Part shown: in pieces, positions 12,312-24,497 of the stretch
How the letters are laid out: the number at the start of each line of letters is the position of its first letter
Numbering within the stretch: position 1 is the first letter of the stretch
Source: Vitrella brassicaformis CCMP3155
Lineage: Eukaryota; Protista; Chromerida
Assembly: GCA_001179505.1 (NCBI GenBank)
Contig: CDMY01000420.1
Location: forward strand, 16,412-80,411
Length of the DNA: 64,000 nt
Direction of reading: 5' to 3'
Notes under the pieces: model-generated
Told to the model about the DNA's origin: nothing
Database searches by the model: none
The model's input: the letters and a program-made list of their open reading frames with translations, nothing else
Translations under genes and position numbers: made by a program

Positions 12312-15300
12312 CTAGCTGTCCCCCTCCCGCATCGCCCCCGCCACCTCCTTCCTCCCACCCACACCAGAAGTACCAGCACCGCTGCCCCAGGCCGTCGAGT
12401 TGGTGTGCGCGTCACCGGCCGGCACGGCATGGACACTGGCGTTTGGGGAGCTTTCGTCAGGAAATGCGCACCACGCAGGCCCTCCTTCGGCTGCTCCTGC
12501 CGTCATGACGACTTGCTCCTGTGTCCATGGCCCCCTCATCCACGACGACTCAGTGCTGCTGCCGCCATCTGCAGCGGGCGCCGCGTCATGCCTCGGCGAC
12601 TCGAACGTCGCCCACCCTGTGACAGCGACGGGCGCAGACGCATTGTCGCTTGGGGGCTCTGCAAAGGGATCGGCGAGTGCCTGGCCGTTGGTGGCTGCCT
12701 GTGGCGGCAGCGATGGCCGTATGGGGGAGGGAGAGGGAGAGGGCATGTAGGGGGCGGCCTGCGGCTGGAGCGGCGGGGAGGACGGCGGCTGCTCGTGTGC
12801 GTTGCCCGCCACCCCCGGGTCGGGGCTGATGGCCGCCTCGCCCTCGCTGGAGGAGCTGTCGTCGTCATCATCGTCATCGTCGTCTTCTTCCCCCTCGCCC
12901 ATGTCGTCCTCCTGCGCCCTCTTGCCACCCCCACCGCTGTACGGGTCTCCCAGGCTCATGGGCTGCATCACCGACCGGTCTTTTGGGGGCGTCGCTGCAG
13001 GCAGGCCGGGGCTGTCCGTGTCGGGCTCTCGCAGGATGGTGGCGCTCACGCGGGACCTCTGGTCACCTGCCGCAGCAGCGGCGTCGTGCGCCGTGTCCTC
13101 CTGGAAGCTGGCGAAGGGGTCGGAACCATCGCGGTTCGACGGACCAAGGTCAAAATCCTCATCACTGACCAAGCACATAGAACAAACACATCAGTGCGAC
13201 ACCTTCATATACTTGTGTGGATGTGCCTCAAGGCCTTGACTCACTCTTCGTGCCAGTCGAAGGGCTCTGGGCTCCTTGCCATAGCTGTGGGTGCGGGTGC
13301 GGTGGCCGCGGCGCTGCTGCTCCAGGTGGGCCTCTGGCCGCCCAGCCAGGTCATGTTGTCCTCTCCACTGCTGCCCGGCCGATCCACCCGCCGCACACCG
13401 GCGTGGTCGCCACCGAAATGGGGAACAAACTCTGAGCCAAGAGCAGAAAAACAATGCCCTCCTGGCCTTGGTGGGACCATCGTTCTTTTTCTTTTGCCGA
13501 CTGACCATCATCGGTGTCGAATGGGTTAGATTCGCTGTCCATCGGCGCGGATCTACTTGCAGTGCCCTCCACCGGCGACCTTTCAGGCGAGAAGGAGGCC
13601 GTCCAGCCCCCATCCATCACCTCCGCCGGTGGCGCATCCGCCCACGCCGGCTTCGGGGGTGAAGCAGCCGGCTGCTGTGTCGCTCTTGGCGCGCCCGTGA
13701 CCTCCTGCGGCGTGTGGGCTGGTGGTCGGCCCGATGATGTCGATGGCGACGTCGCAGCAGCAGCGGCGGGTGCAGGTGCAGGTGGAGGGAGAAGACCAAC
13801 GCCTTGGAGAAGACCAACGCCTGGTGGGGGAAGACCAACGGGTGGGGGGCCTAGCGGCTGGGGGCCAGAGGGAGGCGACCCAGGGCCACCCTGGAAGCAC
13901 ACACGCAGACACCCATCAGGGTGCTGGTGTGTGGGTGTCTGGTGCAGCCGCCGCACCTGTCTGTGTAGTTCCTCTTGGGTGTTGAGGATTTCCTCCACTT
14001 CGGGTTCGGCAACGGGCACGGCCTGGGGCACCGACGCCACCCAGCCTTCGTCACGCATCGGGCCGCTCGCCGAGGATGGCGGAGGGGGCGGTGCAGCGTT
14101 GGCCGCGTGGGGCAGGGGACCAGCCAGATGGTTGCCCTGAGTGAGTGGGTGAGATGGAACAGGCCAACATGGATGTATAGGGAGAGACGTGGCAGCGCGT
14201 GTGTGTGCGTATGGTTGCGTACTGGTGCGGTGAGTGTGGCGTAGTCTTTGATGATTTCACCGACGGGCCTCTCGTGCTTGAGTGTCTGCCAATTCCAGCC
14301 CTCCGTCTCGTTGAGCAGCTCCTGGATCTGAGGAATGGACAGACAGATACAAACGATCCCATCACACACACACCCATTCACACAAGTGTATGGGTACCGT
14401 CTGTCTGTCTGTCTGTCAGTCTTACCCATGGCGTGTGTTGGGCGGCCATGTGTAGGTGATGGCCAATGGTCATGATGTGCGATATGTAGCCCACCGTGTC
14501 GCCCTTCCGCCGCCAGCCCCGCTCGGGACGCGTGTGCCAACGCCTGGTGGATTGGATCAACGGACGGACAATCACACGGATATTAGGTGTTTGGTTCGTA
14601 TCAGAGGTTGGCACAGGGTACCTACCTGATGGCCTTGACGGTTTGCGATAGGAAAGCTGAGTCCCTGAGGAGGGACTCGACCAGCTCGGGGTGCTTGTCG
14701 GCCAAACTGATGGCCTCCAACGCAGCCGACCTGACACACCCACAGGCAGGCAGGCAGGCAGGCAGTCACTACTGTGTATCTTCCTCCGTATGGGTGTACA
14801 TGGCTTACTTGACGTCATTGTGCAGCAGGTTGTTCCATTCAAACTCGAAAAAGGCCGAAATGCACAAAGGAAACACACCCTCAGACACAACCGCAGCCAC
14901 CACCTCCTGCAATGCAACAAACCACACACATTCACACCATACACGCCATTGATTGAAACCAACCATTCTCTACGACAGATACCCACCTCCTTTCTGGTCC
15001 GGATGAGCGCGGTCCACAGGCTGACAATCCCCAAAGCAGTGGAGCCCAGCGGCCGCTGCCCTCCCCCAGCCGGCATGGGTATCGCCTTGCCCCTGGCGGC
15101 CAGCAGCTCGCTCTCAAACAGCTCCCGCATCCGGCGTATCTGAGGACACACGGCCTCTGCCACGTAGTCAATGGCCGATGGCTGCGGGGGGGAGGCACCC
15201 TCTGGCTCGGGCGTGGCCGCCGGACGCTCGGGGGGCACCTCTTCTTGCTCTCGTTGTTGTTGTTGCTGCTGCTGCTGCTGGGTGGGGGCCTCCTCACTCT

Positions 15301-17432
15301 CTCTCTGCTGGCCAGTGGCGACAATGGCGTTGGCTGTTTGTCGGAGGGTATCGAGAGTGCCGTTGGCTACCGCAACCTCCTCCTCAGGGGCCGCCGCCAC
15401 GACCGGCGGGGAGCCGTCGGTGGCGTCGTCTTGGGACGCCTTGACTACCGGCATCGGCGGGGCCTCCTGCTCTTGCCTCGAGTCGTTTTCGGCAGCGTGG
15501 GTGGCCTCGGGCTCTTCAGTGATGGGCGTGGGGGGAGGGGAGAGGGGAGTCTCGTCCTCGGTGGGCTGGGGGGGCTGGGCGTGGTCGTCGGTGCTGTCTG
15601 GCAGGACGATGCGCACGCTGTCCTCCGGAGTGCCGTGGTGAAGGGCCTCCTCCTCTTCATGCTGATCTTGCTGGTCCTCCTCCTGCTCCTGCTGCTGCTG
15701 CTGATCCTCCCCCTCCTGCCGCTGTAATTGATCATCGCCAGCGGGTCTTTCCCTTGGAGGAGTCTGGATGGCGGCGGTGGTGTGGTGGATGAGGTCTGAT
15801 AAAATCGACACGGCTTGCGACACCAATATCGGGTCCTGAGGCACACGAAGCCGTGCCGTGGAGAAGGTGTGCTGTCTGTCTGTCTGTGTGAGTGAGTGTG
15901 TGGTCTTCATGTGTGTCGGGTCTGTACGTTTTGGAAGAGGCAGTCGACGAGGTGGTGTGTGCATTCGGTGGACGTGAGCTGCTGCATCAGGGCGGGCGCA
16001 TAGTACACCGACTCATACTTCTGCAGGAACATCCGGATGATCACCGCGACGTTCTCCGACACCTGAACCCCACCAAACAACACCGCCACCACCACCACCA
16101 CCACCACCCAACACATGAGTCAATCACACACATGACATGATGTGTCCCTCCCTGTCTGTCTGTCTGTCTGCGTACCTCTCCCACTCTGTCCTGGGGGTTG
16201 TCGTTTTCGGGTATGAGTCTTTGTACGATGCGCATCATGAGCGGGCTGCCGTGCCGGTCGGACGTGTCGAAGACGGCCTGCGGCTGCTCCTCCACACACA
16301 GGTACGTCACGAACAGATCCGTGATCGACCGGCTCCCCAGCTTGGCCAAGAAACCATCCAAGAGATCTTCCTTGCCACGGAGGTAGGACACCAGCTGAAT
16401 GAATGAACGAGTGAACCAGGGAGGGACGGAGGGACGGAGGGAGGAGGGACACACAAGGCAAACGATTGGTTGGTTGATGGATGGATGGATGGACAACATT
16501 CGTGTGCTGTGCTGTGCTGTGTGGAGTGGGTGTGTCGGGTCACCTGGCTGGTCTCTGTTGGCTTCTGCGTGTTGATGGAGGTCCGCATGAACAGCGAAGT
16601 GCACACACGCGCAAAGTACCCCGCCAGCACGTGATTCAGCTGCAGCCATCCATTCACCATCACGACACACCACATGTCATGGATCAGCAGATAGATACTT
16701 TGGTGTCTGTGTCTGTCTGTCTGTCTGTCTGTCGCTCACCGCGTTGGGTTGGTAGAGGAAGTCCCACAGAGCGTCCAGCACCGGACGGTTCTCAGGGTCG
16801 AGGAACGCCCTGACGACATCACACAAGCGATCGATCATCGGTAGGCAATGCTACACAGGCCTGTGTGTGTCGGGTGCGCACTGTAGGATGCGATCATTCT
16901 CCTGGCAGACCACTTCGGTCGCCATGAAGGGGAACCTGACAGACAGACAGACACACAGACAGACGGACAGAGAGAGCAGTACAGTGATGTGAATGGTGGG
17001 TTGGTGGTGTGGATGCGGTTGGCCATCGGTCGCTCACTTGTGTCCCCTGTTCTTATCAGCATCATCGGGCGGCACCACGACAATGTACTCCACCAGCCTC
17101 TCCAGCGAATCACGACGACACAAACTGATGTATGCAGGTCACACCACACAGACGCACAAGGCACAGACAGGCAGACACAAGACAAGACACACACCGTCGC
17201 GCATTCACTTGGGTGTCCGTCGTGTTTGCTTCTGTCTGTCTGTCTGTCCTCATGTGATTGCTCACAAGTCGACGACTTTGGCGTTGTTGCTTTTGATCTC
17301 CTGGATGAGCTCGTCGAGGTCGAGCAGTTTGTCCAGGGTGCAGTCCGCCGCTTCCACTATCTCGTCCACATTCACGCTCGACGCCTCCGGGCCGCCAAAG
17401 GTGCTCCAGAACAAACCACCCATTTGACCCAT
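12312..17432 (-). CDS. SIT4/PP6 phosphatase-associated (SAPS-domain) regulatory subunit
   Basis: N-terminus MGQMGGLFWSTF...TLDKLLDLDELIQEIKSNNAKVVDL and FPFMATEVVC, LNHVLAGYFARV, SRSITDLF, RPLGSTALGIV, FEFEWNNLLHNDV, GYISHI match the SAPS/PP6R pattern. It has a long acidic disordered tail. Confidence 0.88.
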
Positions 17433-17611
17433 GCCACCCTGGTTCGGCTCCATCACTCAACCTCACACACACTGATAAGTAGATAGATGATGATATAGAT
17501 GACGTCACTCACACCAGCTCACACGCACCACCAGAGCCTGAAGCTGTCGACGTCACGTGACGGCCGCACGAGCAGCATCACTCTCAAAACCATCTCCCTT
17601 CTCGCTTCTCG

Positions 17612-17633
17612 AGCTCGCACTCCTGTGCGAGCT
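17612..17633. promoter_or_regulatory. Inverted repeat AGCTCGCAC-tcct-GTGCGAGCT in the SAPS/GLE1 divergent intergenic region
   Basis: Read directly. It lies within the 240 bp between the two start codons. Confidence 0.5.
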
Positions 17634-17672
17634 TGGCCTTCCACCGACCGTGTTTTTCCCAGCTTTGACGCG

Positions 17673-20600
17673 ATGGAACGAAACATCGTCGGTCGCGCTG
17701 TCGGTGCTTTAGCATCCTGGTGGAGCGGGTCCAAGACCGTCCCGCCTCGAATCCTCAGCGACAGCAACCAGCCAGACCCTGAGACAAGCACTGACGAAGA
17801 GCCGCAAACGACCCGCGGTGATGCAGCGAGGGGAAGCCGCTTGGTTCCCCGGCCTCGACAGCAGGAGGGTGACGATGGTGATAATGCTGGACGGGTGGAC
17901 TACTACGACCACTGGTCAGTGGAGAGGAGTCGTGTCGTGCATGCAATGCAATGCATTCCATTCATTCACTCACTCGCGGACCGTACCGATTGTCTGTCAC
18001 TCATTGACTCACTGACTGACTGCGATGTCTTGTGTCTGTTCGGTCAGGCACTCGGCACCTCCCACTTCAGCTCGGTACCCTTATTCGAGTGTGGCTCGAG
18101 AGCTGCTTGCGTCCTCCCGCTCCCGCGAGAGGGGATCTCCGACACGTGCACTCCCACGGCCGTCGTCGCCGACGCGCGCCACCGGCAGGCTGTCCCCTCC
18201 CCGCGAGCACGTTCCGGACATGGCCGTATTGCGTCAAGCGTTTGAGGAGCTCCGCGTCACTGCAATGGAGGAGCTCCGCACCGCTGAGAGCAGGCCACCC
18301 GAGCCATCAGCGCAACCGTCATCTGCCGGAGCCAGGAGTGAGGGCGGGTTTCAGAATCCCGTGGATGGTGATGGTCCCTTCCTGAGGATTGGCAAGTATC
18401 GATCGCCTGTCGGTGAGGAGGGTCGGGATTGGGCGGCTGAGGGCTCCAGCTTTGCCGATGAGGAAGACGAGGACGAGAGCGAGCGCCTGGACGAGTCCGA
18501 CCGTGGGCGTGAGCGTGATCGTGAGGAGGGGGAGGGGGTGAGGGTGAGGCGGGCGTTCCGCTCCATTGTCGACTACGACCCTGACGAGATCTATCCCGAC
18601 GAGTCGGCCAGCAACGCCCCACCCACACCCCACTTCGCACTTCACCTCCCCGACGGCCCCCTGGAGCGCAGCGAGTCTTCCGACGTCGCCAGCGCCGCTG
18701 GTAGCGGAGCCGCAGCCGAGCCGACAGACATCACGTCAGACCGCCCACCCCCCGACTACTGCCCCTCTCCCGCCCCCTCATTCGGCGGCCCCTCAGCCGA
18801 TTTCTTCCTCCGTGTCTGCGAGGACGTCCTGGAGCCAGCCCGCGACGCCCTCGCGAGAAGCTCCGAGGCCACATCGAACGGGCTGCTCACCCCCACAGTG
18901 CCGTTTGTCTCGCCATGGGGCGCGGAGGGGACGGAGGCCAGCCAGGACGGCAGGAGGACGACCAGACGCAGAAGGGGCCCGCGGCAGCCCGGCCCTGGTG
19001 CCTTCCAGTTCCCCGCCTACGTGTTGCGCGACAACAGGCTGCCACCCGTCACTGAAGAGCGCGAGAGGGAGGAGCGGGAGCGGGATGGCGGGGAGGATCC
19101 GACGTCGGATGTTCCCGTGGCCGGGTCGACGAGTGACCTGCGTGCGATGGAGTTGCGTCGCGAGATGGGTGTGGGAGTGGGGCCGCCGGCTGTGGTCCCG
19201 GATGGCGATGCCGTGCGTGGGATGGGGTGGCTGCAGGAGAGGCTGAGGGAGATTGAGGTTTTCCAGACACTCACGGCTGAGGCGGGCAACCACCAACAGC
19301 TCCAAAGGATCGCCGAATGGGAGGTGCGCACCTAGACACACATACATACGCACACCGGTGACACACGCATGGACGTGTACCTGTGTGTGTGTGTGTGATG
19401 AGTTGCAGCGACGTGCGACGGCCCAGTTGGAGGCAAGGGCGAATGCTGACCGCACGGCCGTCCAGGAGGAATTCGAGTAAGACAGACACTCAGCGCGGCG
19501 AACGGAGGGGCCCACTCGTTGTCGTGTGTACGCGTCTGTGTTCGCAGTGAGTCCATTGGTGTGCTTGAGCGTTTGCGGGAGGAGGATACGGAGCAGCAGG
19601 AGGAGCAGAGACGCGAAGAGGAACGCCAGAAGGGTCAGCCCAACCAGTCCGCCGGCATCCCTTCTGTGGTGGATGCGATGCGCACGTGCCTGTGTGTGCT
19701 TCTGTCTGTCTGTCAGCTGAGGAGGAGGAGCGTCAGAGGAAAGCCCAAGAGGTGCGCGTCACGACACACAGCCACACAGCCACAGACATCAACATGTGCA
19801 AATTAAATGAATCTGTTGTGTCATGTGCCTGCCTTTCTCAGGAGGCTGAGCGGCAGCGGCGCGAAGAGGAGGAGGCCGAAAGACAGCGCAAACTCAAGGT
19901 CGGTCGGTCGGCCGGCCGGCCGGCCACATACTCACTCCTTCACTTCACCATATCTACTAATTAGTTCTTTCCCTCCCCTGTCTGTCTGTCACATTAGGAG
20001 GAGGAGGACGCCCGGAGGCGTGCTGAAGAGGAGGCGCGGAAGAAGGCCGAGGAGGAACAACAGCAGAGTCAGCAACAGCAACAGCAACAGCAAGCTGCAG
20101 CAGCAGCGGCAGCAGCTGCAGCCCAGCCCGCCGTACCCACCCCCACCCCCACTCCCCCACCCGCCCCCGGTGCTGCCCCTGCTGCGGCCGCAGCAGTGCC
20201 TCCAGCGGGCCCCCCTGCCTCAGCAGCGGGTGAACCGGCCGACGTGCAAGCCGCCCTGGCGCTTAAGAGCAAGGTGGAGCTCCTCAAACAGGAAATGGAC
20301 AGAATCAGAGCCAGCGGCACAAACCAGGTAGGTAGGTCGGAGGGTGGGGGGTCGCTATCCGCTGAAACGGACCATGATGGATGTTGGCATTATGTGTGTG
20401 TGTGTGTGTGTGGTGTAGGAGAAGGCGATGCGTCGCGAGACGTGGAAGGTGGTGGCGGACTGTGTCAATCGCACCGCCGGCAACCAACAGTCCGTCAGAC
20501 AGGTGAGTAAACCGCACACACAGACAGACAGACAGAGAGACAGACAGACAGACAGGCACACAGACGGACAGACAGACAGACAGACAGCGAGCCAGGGACA

Positions 20601-22077
20601 AATGTGTGGGACCTTGTGTGCATATCTATCAGGTAGCTGAGGGCATCTCAGGGCATGCGGAGCAGGTGCGGCGCAGCGGGGCCGACACCAAGTTCTTGGA
20701 CTATGTCTTCCTGCGGGTAACAAAGAGGGAGGGAGGCGCAACGACCTACCTGTGCACACAAACGTCAGTCAGTTGTTCCCATTCGTTCTTTGCTGACGAC
20801 TGACTGAATCAGATGGCTGAGGCACTGATCAACGCCTGTGAGGACCAGGTAAGGTACTATCACGGCGCAGAAAGAAAAAAGGGCAATGACTCGCCCGGCT
20901 CGCCCCATTGTGTGCCTGTGCGTTTGTCATGATCATGACAGATCCGAAGAGCTCCCGACAGCCACTGGCAGTTTGCGTGGGCCATCTACGGGTACACAGC
21001 ACAGCAGCACTCACCGGCCATTCACCCACCCCCTCGCCCCCTCACCCACTCGCTGTGGATGTCTCTGTCTCTTTGTCAGTGTGTTGAGTCGCTTCCCTGA
21101 TAAGGAGGAGATCTTCGCGGGCCGCATCTACCAGGAGTGCACATACGCCATACCATTCCTCGTACCAATCGTAAGCCGCCCCCTCCACACACACCTCACC
21201 ACATCACAGAACACCTCACTTCATCCCTATCTCCGGTGTGTGCATCAGAGCGGCAACGTCGAGGCGGGCCGTCGGCGTCGCGGTCAGAAGGACGGCGAGT
21301 CCGACGAGGACTTCTTCGACCGCATGTGTCCCATCCTGCGCGTCTGGCTGGCCTACCTCGTCATCAAAGCTGAGATGTCTCGCAACCCCAACTCAAACGA
21401 GTGGGGGGCGGTCTGGCAGTGGTGGGCGCGGCTCGGCAACCGCCTGGTGGACCGCACGCAGCGGAGCGGCCCCATGCTCATTGTGACGGCACTCAAGGTC
21501 ACCGCGTTCTTCTGCATGAAGCGGTTCAAGAGACAGTTCAGACAGGTAGCTACGGATGGATGTCGGTGCCTTGGCCGTTGGGGTGGGGGGTGGGGGGTGG
21601 GTTGTGGGGCCATTGGTTGGCTGAGTGCGTCCGTGTGTGTGAGTGTGTGTGTGTGTTTGGTGTTGGCTGCTGGTGTGGTGTGCAGCTGTTGTCGTTCATC
21701 AACCAGAACCTGTGGGACAAGTTCAAGCGCATGGCACGCGAGTCCGTCCGTTTTCCAAACACACCAACAGACTCAGCCAGCCGCCATCTTATGCTGCCTG
21801 CCTGCCTAACTGCCTGCCTGTGTGTCTGTATGTGTGTCTGTGTGCAGCAACCCTGAGGGCATCGGCATCTACGTCGTGCAGTGCGAGACATTCCTCGAGA
21901 CAGCGCAGTAAGCCACCAACACACCACACTGGCGTGCCTGACGACCCACACCTCGTACTGTGTGGCTGGGGGCTGGGTTGGTCACTTGGTGCTTTCAGGC
22001 GGAACGGCTTACGTTTCGAGGAGCCAGCCGGCTATCGCATGATAGAGAGACCAGCCGAACTCAACCCTGACGTCTGA
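17673..22077 (+). CDS. GLE1: mRNA export factor GLE1
   Basis: Disordered N-terminus, E/R/Q coiled coil, then GLE1-domain motifs YQECTYAIPFLVP, DEDFFDRMCPILRVWLAYL, WQWWARLGN and LKVTAFFCMKRFKRQFRQLLSFI. Confidence 0.85.
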
Positions 22078-22131
22078 CTGAGGCGCGGGCATGCACCCAT
22101 GGATGGATGGATGGATGGATGGGGGTACCCA

Positions 22132-22250
22132 GGGTATCCTGATTTCGCTGCTTGGGATAGGCGCACGCGATGTATTGTTGGGCATTCAGACACCCTCTGG
22201 ATGCCGCGACCCAGCGCGGGGGTCACACCCAAGCAGCGGCATCGCCACCC
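22132..22250 (+). ncRNA. Putative structured RNA: ~120-nt fold-back hairpin, copy 2 (just 3' of the GLE1 stop)
   Basis: GGGT/ACCC, GATTTCGCTGCTTGGG/CCCAAGCAGCGGCATC and GGCATTCAGA-caccc-TCTGGATGCC stems. The core is 27/29 identical to 10788-10816. Confidence 0.5.
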
Positions 22251-22629
22251 GTGATTGCATGATTTGGGCTGTGTATCTACCAGTGAGTGACAGCGTACGT
22301 ACGGTTTTTGTCCGTTCCGGGAACACCCTGTGGCCAATGGGGCCACCTGACTTGACGCATGTATGTAAACCTACCAAGTGAACAGCGTCCGTCCGAGATC
22401 CTTCCTGTACACAGACAGCCACACACACATGCACTGCACGCCAAGCATCTGCCAACACTTACACACACAGCCTGCCTCGCAAAGCCAGTGAGTGCTGCAC
22501 TCACTGCACATGAGATCGTCCACCCAGCCCAACGTATACACACACATTCCCCTACAGATCTCATCTCTGTCTGTCTGTCTTGTCTGCACCCTACCCACCC
22601 CACCCCCCCAGCTCCACCTTCCCCCTCCC

Positions 22630-24329
22630 TCACTGAGGCGTGTCCTGCCTGTTGATGCTCATGCTCCACCAGCTCATGTCATCCTCTATTTGACCCGCCG
22701 CACCCTCGATCAGCGAATACAGTGTCTGCCTGTCCGGGTCTCCCCCGCTGGCCACCATCTGCCGCTCGCCCCTCAGTCTGCTATTCCGCAGCATCGTGAA
22801 AAAGACCACCTCCTCGGCGGACAGGTCGGGGTGCCACATGTCGATGATCAAGACGAACCGCGTCACGGGGCCGTCGTGCCACACCTCGTGGGAGAAGGAG
22901 TCGTCGAAGACATAACACCGGCCCTGAGAGAGGATGGATGACACACACGCGTCACTTTAGAGGAATGGATGGATGGATTGATGGACGCACAGACATGTGT
23001 TTGTGCTGGCTGATTGACCTCGGTGGGCGTGATTGTCTGGTCACCGACACGCAGTCTGGTGCCCTCAAGACCCATGATCGGCTGCAGGCAGGCCAAACAC
23101 ACAAACAAATCGACCGACCGGCACATGGGCCATCTTGCCTGGACTGGATGCATACGTACCAGGTGTATTCTCAGTTTCTTGTTGGTGGGCCCGTTGTGAG
23201 CCCGGATGTGGGTGCCGGGCGTCATGGCACTGAACAGGGCGTGGCTGCAATGCAGCCATGCCACACACATGACATGACATGACATGACATGGCAGACAGG
23301 GGCAGAAGACCCGGCAGACAGCGCCGCCCGCCTACCAGTATTGCCTGGGGATGCTCTGGATGAACTCGACTGTCCGCGGGCACAGCGCCACGTTCTCAGG
23401 GAAGGGCTGCGGACAGCAGGACACACAGACAGACAGACAGACAGACAGACAGCACCATGAAGTCAAACACCCCCGTGCTCCTCTGTCTGTCGTCACTCAC
23501 CTGGTTGTGCAGCAGCAGATACAGCACATTCCAGTCGCCGCCCTCGTGGCTCGCCTGGCCGGGCACGCCATCGCCTTCCGATGAGGAGCTCGCGGCATCA
23601 TTGCCAGCTCTCTGACGTATCGGACCCCTGAGAGGGCACAAAAAACCCGTGTCGAGAACAACGGAGTCCATTTCCATGGTGCCTGCCTGACGCCTGGTCA
23701 TCTATCTACCTGTAGGGCTGAAAAGTCTGTCTGCCTCTGAGGGCGAGGAGCTCCTCCTTTATGACGGGATGAAGGGCCTCCAGCTGGCTGATGAACGGAA
23801 ACATATCGGCGGGCCACACTGCGTACACACACATTCACACACGACAAGGAGAGAACCAACCAACATGTGTGTGTGTGCCACGCACGCCACGTCGTGTTGT
23901 GTTGTGTTGTGTGACCTGGTCTGGGGGTGAGTTGTGGGATGATCTCTGGGCAACCTCGCTGGGAGGGATGGGGGTCCACAGGTCGACGAATGCCCATCTT
24001 CTGAAGCAACCTGACATGGCATACAGAGGGAGGGCGACGAACATCCATCCATCCCTCCATCCATCCATTGGCTGGATGTCTCTATTCATCGCTCACCAGG
24101 CTCTCGCCCGTTCACACTGATCGAAAGGGAACACACACACAGCACAGCACACCACACCAACTGGGTCAGCAAAGAAGTGCGTGTCCATATGACCGACCTT
24201 ATCGTTGCGGCCGTCAGCGATGCACCTCCGCACGAACGAGCCGAATGCGGCCCTATGGAGCGGCGGGAGAAGGTACTCATCCATGACCTCCTCCATCCTC
24301 CGCCGGACCCGCTCCTCCAGCGTGCCCAT
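22630..24329 (-). CDS. Aspartyl/asparaginyl beta-hydroxylase-family 2OG-Fe(II) dioxygenase
   Basis: GDWNVLYL, MTPGTHIRAHNGPTNKKLRIHL and FDDSFSHEVWHDGPVTRFVLIIDMWHPDL match the AspH catalytic domain; both Fe-binding His and the 2OG-binding Arg are present. Confidence 0.9.
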
Positions 24330-24446
24330 GAGTTCTCTTCTCCACAAACGAACAGATCTACTTCATCCACATGTTATACTGACCCTCCTGTGCGTCATCG
24401 GTCCCTCGGCAGCCAAGGGGAAGTGCAAAGCGGGGAAACGATCCGC

Positions 24447-24454
24447 TGCGAGCT
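24447..24454. promoter_or_regulatory. TGCGAGCT motif in the AspH/VDR divergent intergenic region
   Basis: Read directly, within the 168 bp between the start codons. Confidence 0.4.
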
Positions 24455-24497
24455 AAGTGTCCTGAGCTCAGTTTGGTGCGCAGCTCTCTATCTGCAA

